From sequence record BH153110.1: a stretch of DNA of 365 bases, one strand, 5' to 3'. The notes beneath the pieces are model-generated. The model was not told the DNA's origin. It made no database searches and was given only the letters and a program-made list of their open reading frames with translations. Positions 1-365 of this stretch are shown one piece after another. Source of the stretch: a phage. The translations under genes and the position numbers were made by a program. The first letter of the stretch is position 1, and every line of letters starts with the position of its first letter.

Positions 1-46
1 TTGAGGTAGTTTTTACTGACCGACCAGTAGGCCAACGTTACGGCGG

Positions 47-70
47 ATATGATAGCCTAGTTTATCATAT
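47..70. repeat. Perfect 8-bp inverted repeat ATATGATA (47-54) / TATCATAT (63-70) with 8-nt spacer; candidate operator or hairpin upstream of ORF1
   Basis: Exact reverse-complement arms read from the sequence. Direct repeat ATAGCC at 52-57 and 69-74 overlaps the arms. It ends 10 bp before ATG 80. Rough chance of such an 8-bp IR with a short spacer somewhere in 365 bp is a few percent; function is unproven. Confidence 0.3.
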
Positions 71-79
71 AGCCTTGAA

Positions 80-208
80 ATGTGGGTAGAAGATTTTAAA
101 AACTTGGCTGATACATCTAAACCGCTTTATTTGTGGGATGTTGAGTATAATTGCGATCCTAACTGGCCTGGCATTAATGTTTATGCGTCTATGACTTTAA
201 AGGTGTGA
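80..208 (+). CDS. Hypothetical small hydrophilic protein, 42 aa (MWVEDFKNLADTSKPLYLWDVEYNCDPNWPGINVYASMTLKV); family not recognised; possibly a coupled leader or partner ORF for the downstream membrane peptide
   Basis: ATG at 80 to TGA at 206-208; the frame is open from 56 after TAG at 53-55, and ATG 80 is the only canonical start. Composition is protein-like (D, E, N, P, W, Y) with consistent NNT codon preference (Asp GAT 4 of 4, Tyr TAT 3 of 3). The stop is 2 nt from the ORF2 start and the ORF2 SD is embedded in the last two codons, a typical operon junction. Against it: no Shine-Dalgarno upstream of ATG 80, and the ORF is short. Confidence 0.38.
   Translation: MWVEDFKNLADTSKPLYLWDVEYNCDPNWPGINVYASMTLKV
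146..151 (+). promoter_or_regulatory. Candidate sigma70/sigmaA-type -10 hexamer (perfect TATAAT) inside ORF1; could drive independent transcription of ORF2
   Basis: Exact TATAAT at 146-151. No good -35 at 15-18 bp spacing (cgcttt / gcttta), and the upstream TG (142-143) is one position off the extended -10 register. A consensus hexamer is not rare by chance in AT-rich DNA. Confidence 0.2.
200..205 (+). promoter_or_regulatory. Shine-Dalgarno / ribosome-binding site for ORF2 (AAGGTG)
   Basis: AAGGTG is complementary to the 16S rRNA 3' end and sits 5 nt upstream of ATG 211. It lies inside the last codons of ORF1 (AAG GTG TGA). Confidence 0.5.
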
Positions 209-210
209 TA

Positions 211-351
211 ATGGTTGAACAAATGTTAACTTCAATGGTAATGGCTTTCTGTATGGTTGTTGTTATGATTGCAATGATCCCTAAAGAGAGAATGAATCTT
301 CTTGTAGCTGTCTGTATGGGCGTTGTTTGTGGATGGTTGGGATCCGGTTAA
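211..351 (+). CDS. Hypothetical small hydrophobic protein, 46 aa, predicted two-helix hairpin membrane peptide (MVEQMLTSMVMAFCMVVVMIAMIPKERMNLLVAVCMGVVCGWLGSG); family not recognised
   Basis: ATG at 211 to TAA at 349-351, read directly. AAGGTG at 200-205 lies 5 nt upstream of the ATG. Two hydrophobic segments (residues 5-23 and 28-44) are separated by a short polar loop, PKERMN. Codon third positions are biased to T/A (Val is GTT 6 of 9), consistent with the AT-rich context. The frame is open only from 178, so ATG 211 is the first plausible start; GTG 205 is too close to the SD. Chance of a stop-free frame this long at this composition is only about 5%, so the call rests mainly on the SD and the protein-like hydrophobic pattern. 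Confidence 0.55.
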   Translation: MVEQMLTSMVMAFCMVVVMIAMIPKERMNLLVAVCMGVVCGWLGSG

Positions 352-365
352 ATCCGTATTGTGGT

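Noticed and set aside
10-14. T-run (TTTTT) that could be the tail of a Rho-independent terminator for an upstream gene
   Set aside because: The required GC-rich stem would lie upstream of the window and cannot be seen. The local GCC/GGC pairing at 31-44 is only 3 bp and is not followed by a T-tract.
94-101. Palindromic A/T tract TTTTAAAA
   Set aside because: Low-complexity AT palindrome expected by chance in 39% GC DNA. It lies inside ORF1 (codons F-K) and has no associated stem or promoter context.
140-163. Integron attC-like core motifs (GTTGAGT matching GTTRRRY at 140-146; CCTAAC at 158-163)
   Set aside because: These are isolated short motif matches without the paired imperfect inverted-repeat architecture or extrahelical-base spacing of a real attC. 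Frequent by chance.
138-194. Alternative-frame 18-codon ORF (MLSIIAILTGLALMFMRL, ATG 138 to TGA 192-194) nested inside ORF1
   Set aside because: No usable Shine-Dalgarno (GGG abuts the ATG with no spacer), very short, and its hydrophobic reading is what T-rich DNA gives in an off-frame. ORF1 in the other frame is longer and has a coherent codon bias. Cannot be fully excluded without Ribo-seq.
217-228. GAACAAATGTTA, an 11/12 match to the Gram-positive LexA Cheo box (GAAC-N4-GTTC)
   Set aside because: It lies inside the ORF2 coding sequence downstream of the start codon rather than over a promoter, and the final base deviates from consensus. Likely coincidental.
328-336. TGTGGATgg, a 7/9 match to a DnaA box (TGTGGATAA), and recurring TTGTGG motifs at 131-136, 327-332 and 359-364
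   Set aside because: Single imperfect box with no cluster and no adjacent AT-rich unwinding element. The recurring TTGTGG is explained by the G+T-rich composition and by Val/Cys/Gly/Trp codons.
340-345. BamHI site GGATCC encoding Gly-Ser just before the ORF2 stop (GSG*), reminiscent of a cloning linker or scar
   Set aside because: A single 6-bp site occurs by chance in a window this size about 1 time in 10, and there are no flanking vector, tag or multiple-cloning-site sequences. Treated as natural sequence.
211-351. Assignment of ORF2 to a named small-protein family (Hok/Gef, Ldr, TisB, Ibs, ShoB, DinQ, Fst, TxpA/BsrG, YqaE/Pmp3, CydX, KdpF, AcrZ, MgrB, filamentous-phage pVII/pIX)
   Set aside because: No convincing similarity to any of these sequences as I recall them. 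Giving a gene symbol would be invention; left as hypothetical pending a real homology search.
235-365. Reverse-strand open frame antisense to ORF2 (His/Asn-rich: ...HNNNHTESHYH*), plus a second reverse-strand open stretch at 192-347
   Set aside because: Neither has an ATG, GTG or TTG start in the window. The His/Asn richness is the mirror image of the ATG/GTT-rich sense strand (ATG to CAT, GTT to AAC) and is low-complexity. The G>C skew also argues against coding on the minus strand.

Overview
365-bp window, about 39% GC, with a strong G>C and T-rich skew on the + strand (roughly 93 G vs 50 C by hand count). Stop codons interrupt all six frames, so no long gene spans the window. The best-supported content is a compact tandem pair of small + strand ORFs. 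ORF1 (80-208, 42 aa, hydrophilic) has no recognisable Shine-Dalgarno. ORF2 (211-351, 46 aa, very hydrophobic) has AAGGTG 5 nt upstream of its ATG, and the ORF1 stop sits inside that ribosome-binding region (TGAtaATG), suggesting translational coupling. ORF2 translates to MVEQMLTSMVMAFCMVVVMIAMIPKERMNLLVAVCMGVVCGWLGSG, a predicted two-helix hairpin membrane peptide with about 20% Met and a GxxxG-type glycine motif. I cannot place either ORF in a known family from memory and could not run any search. Secondary signals are a perfect TATAAT inside ORF1, an 8-bp inverted repeat upstream of ORF1, and an open frame entering from the 5' edge that ends 10 nt into ORF1. No rRNA, tRNA, CRISPR, mobile-element end or convincing terminator is visible. 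All calls are provisional: the ORFs are short, the window is tiny, and there is no flanking context.
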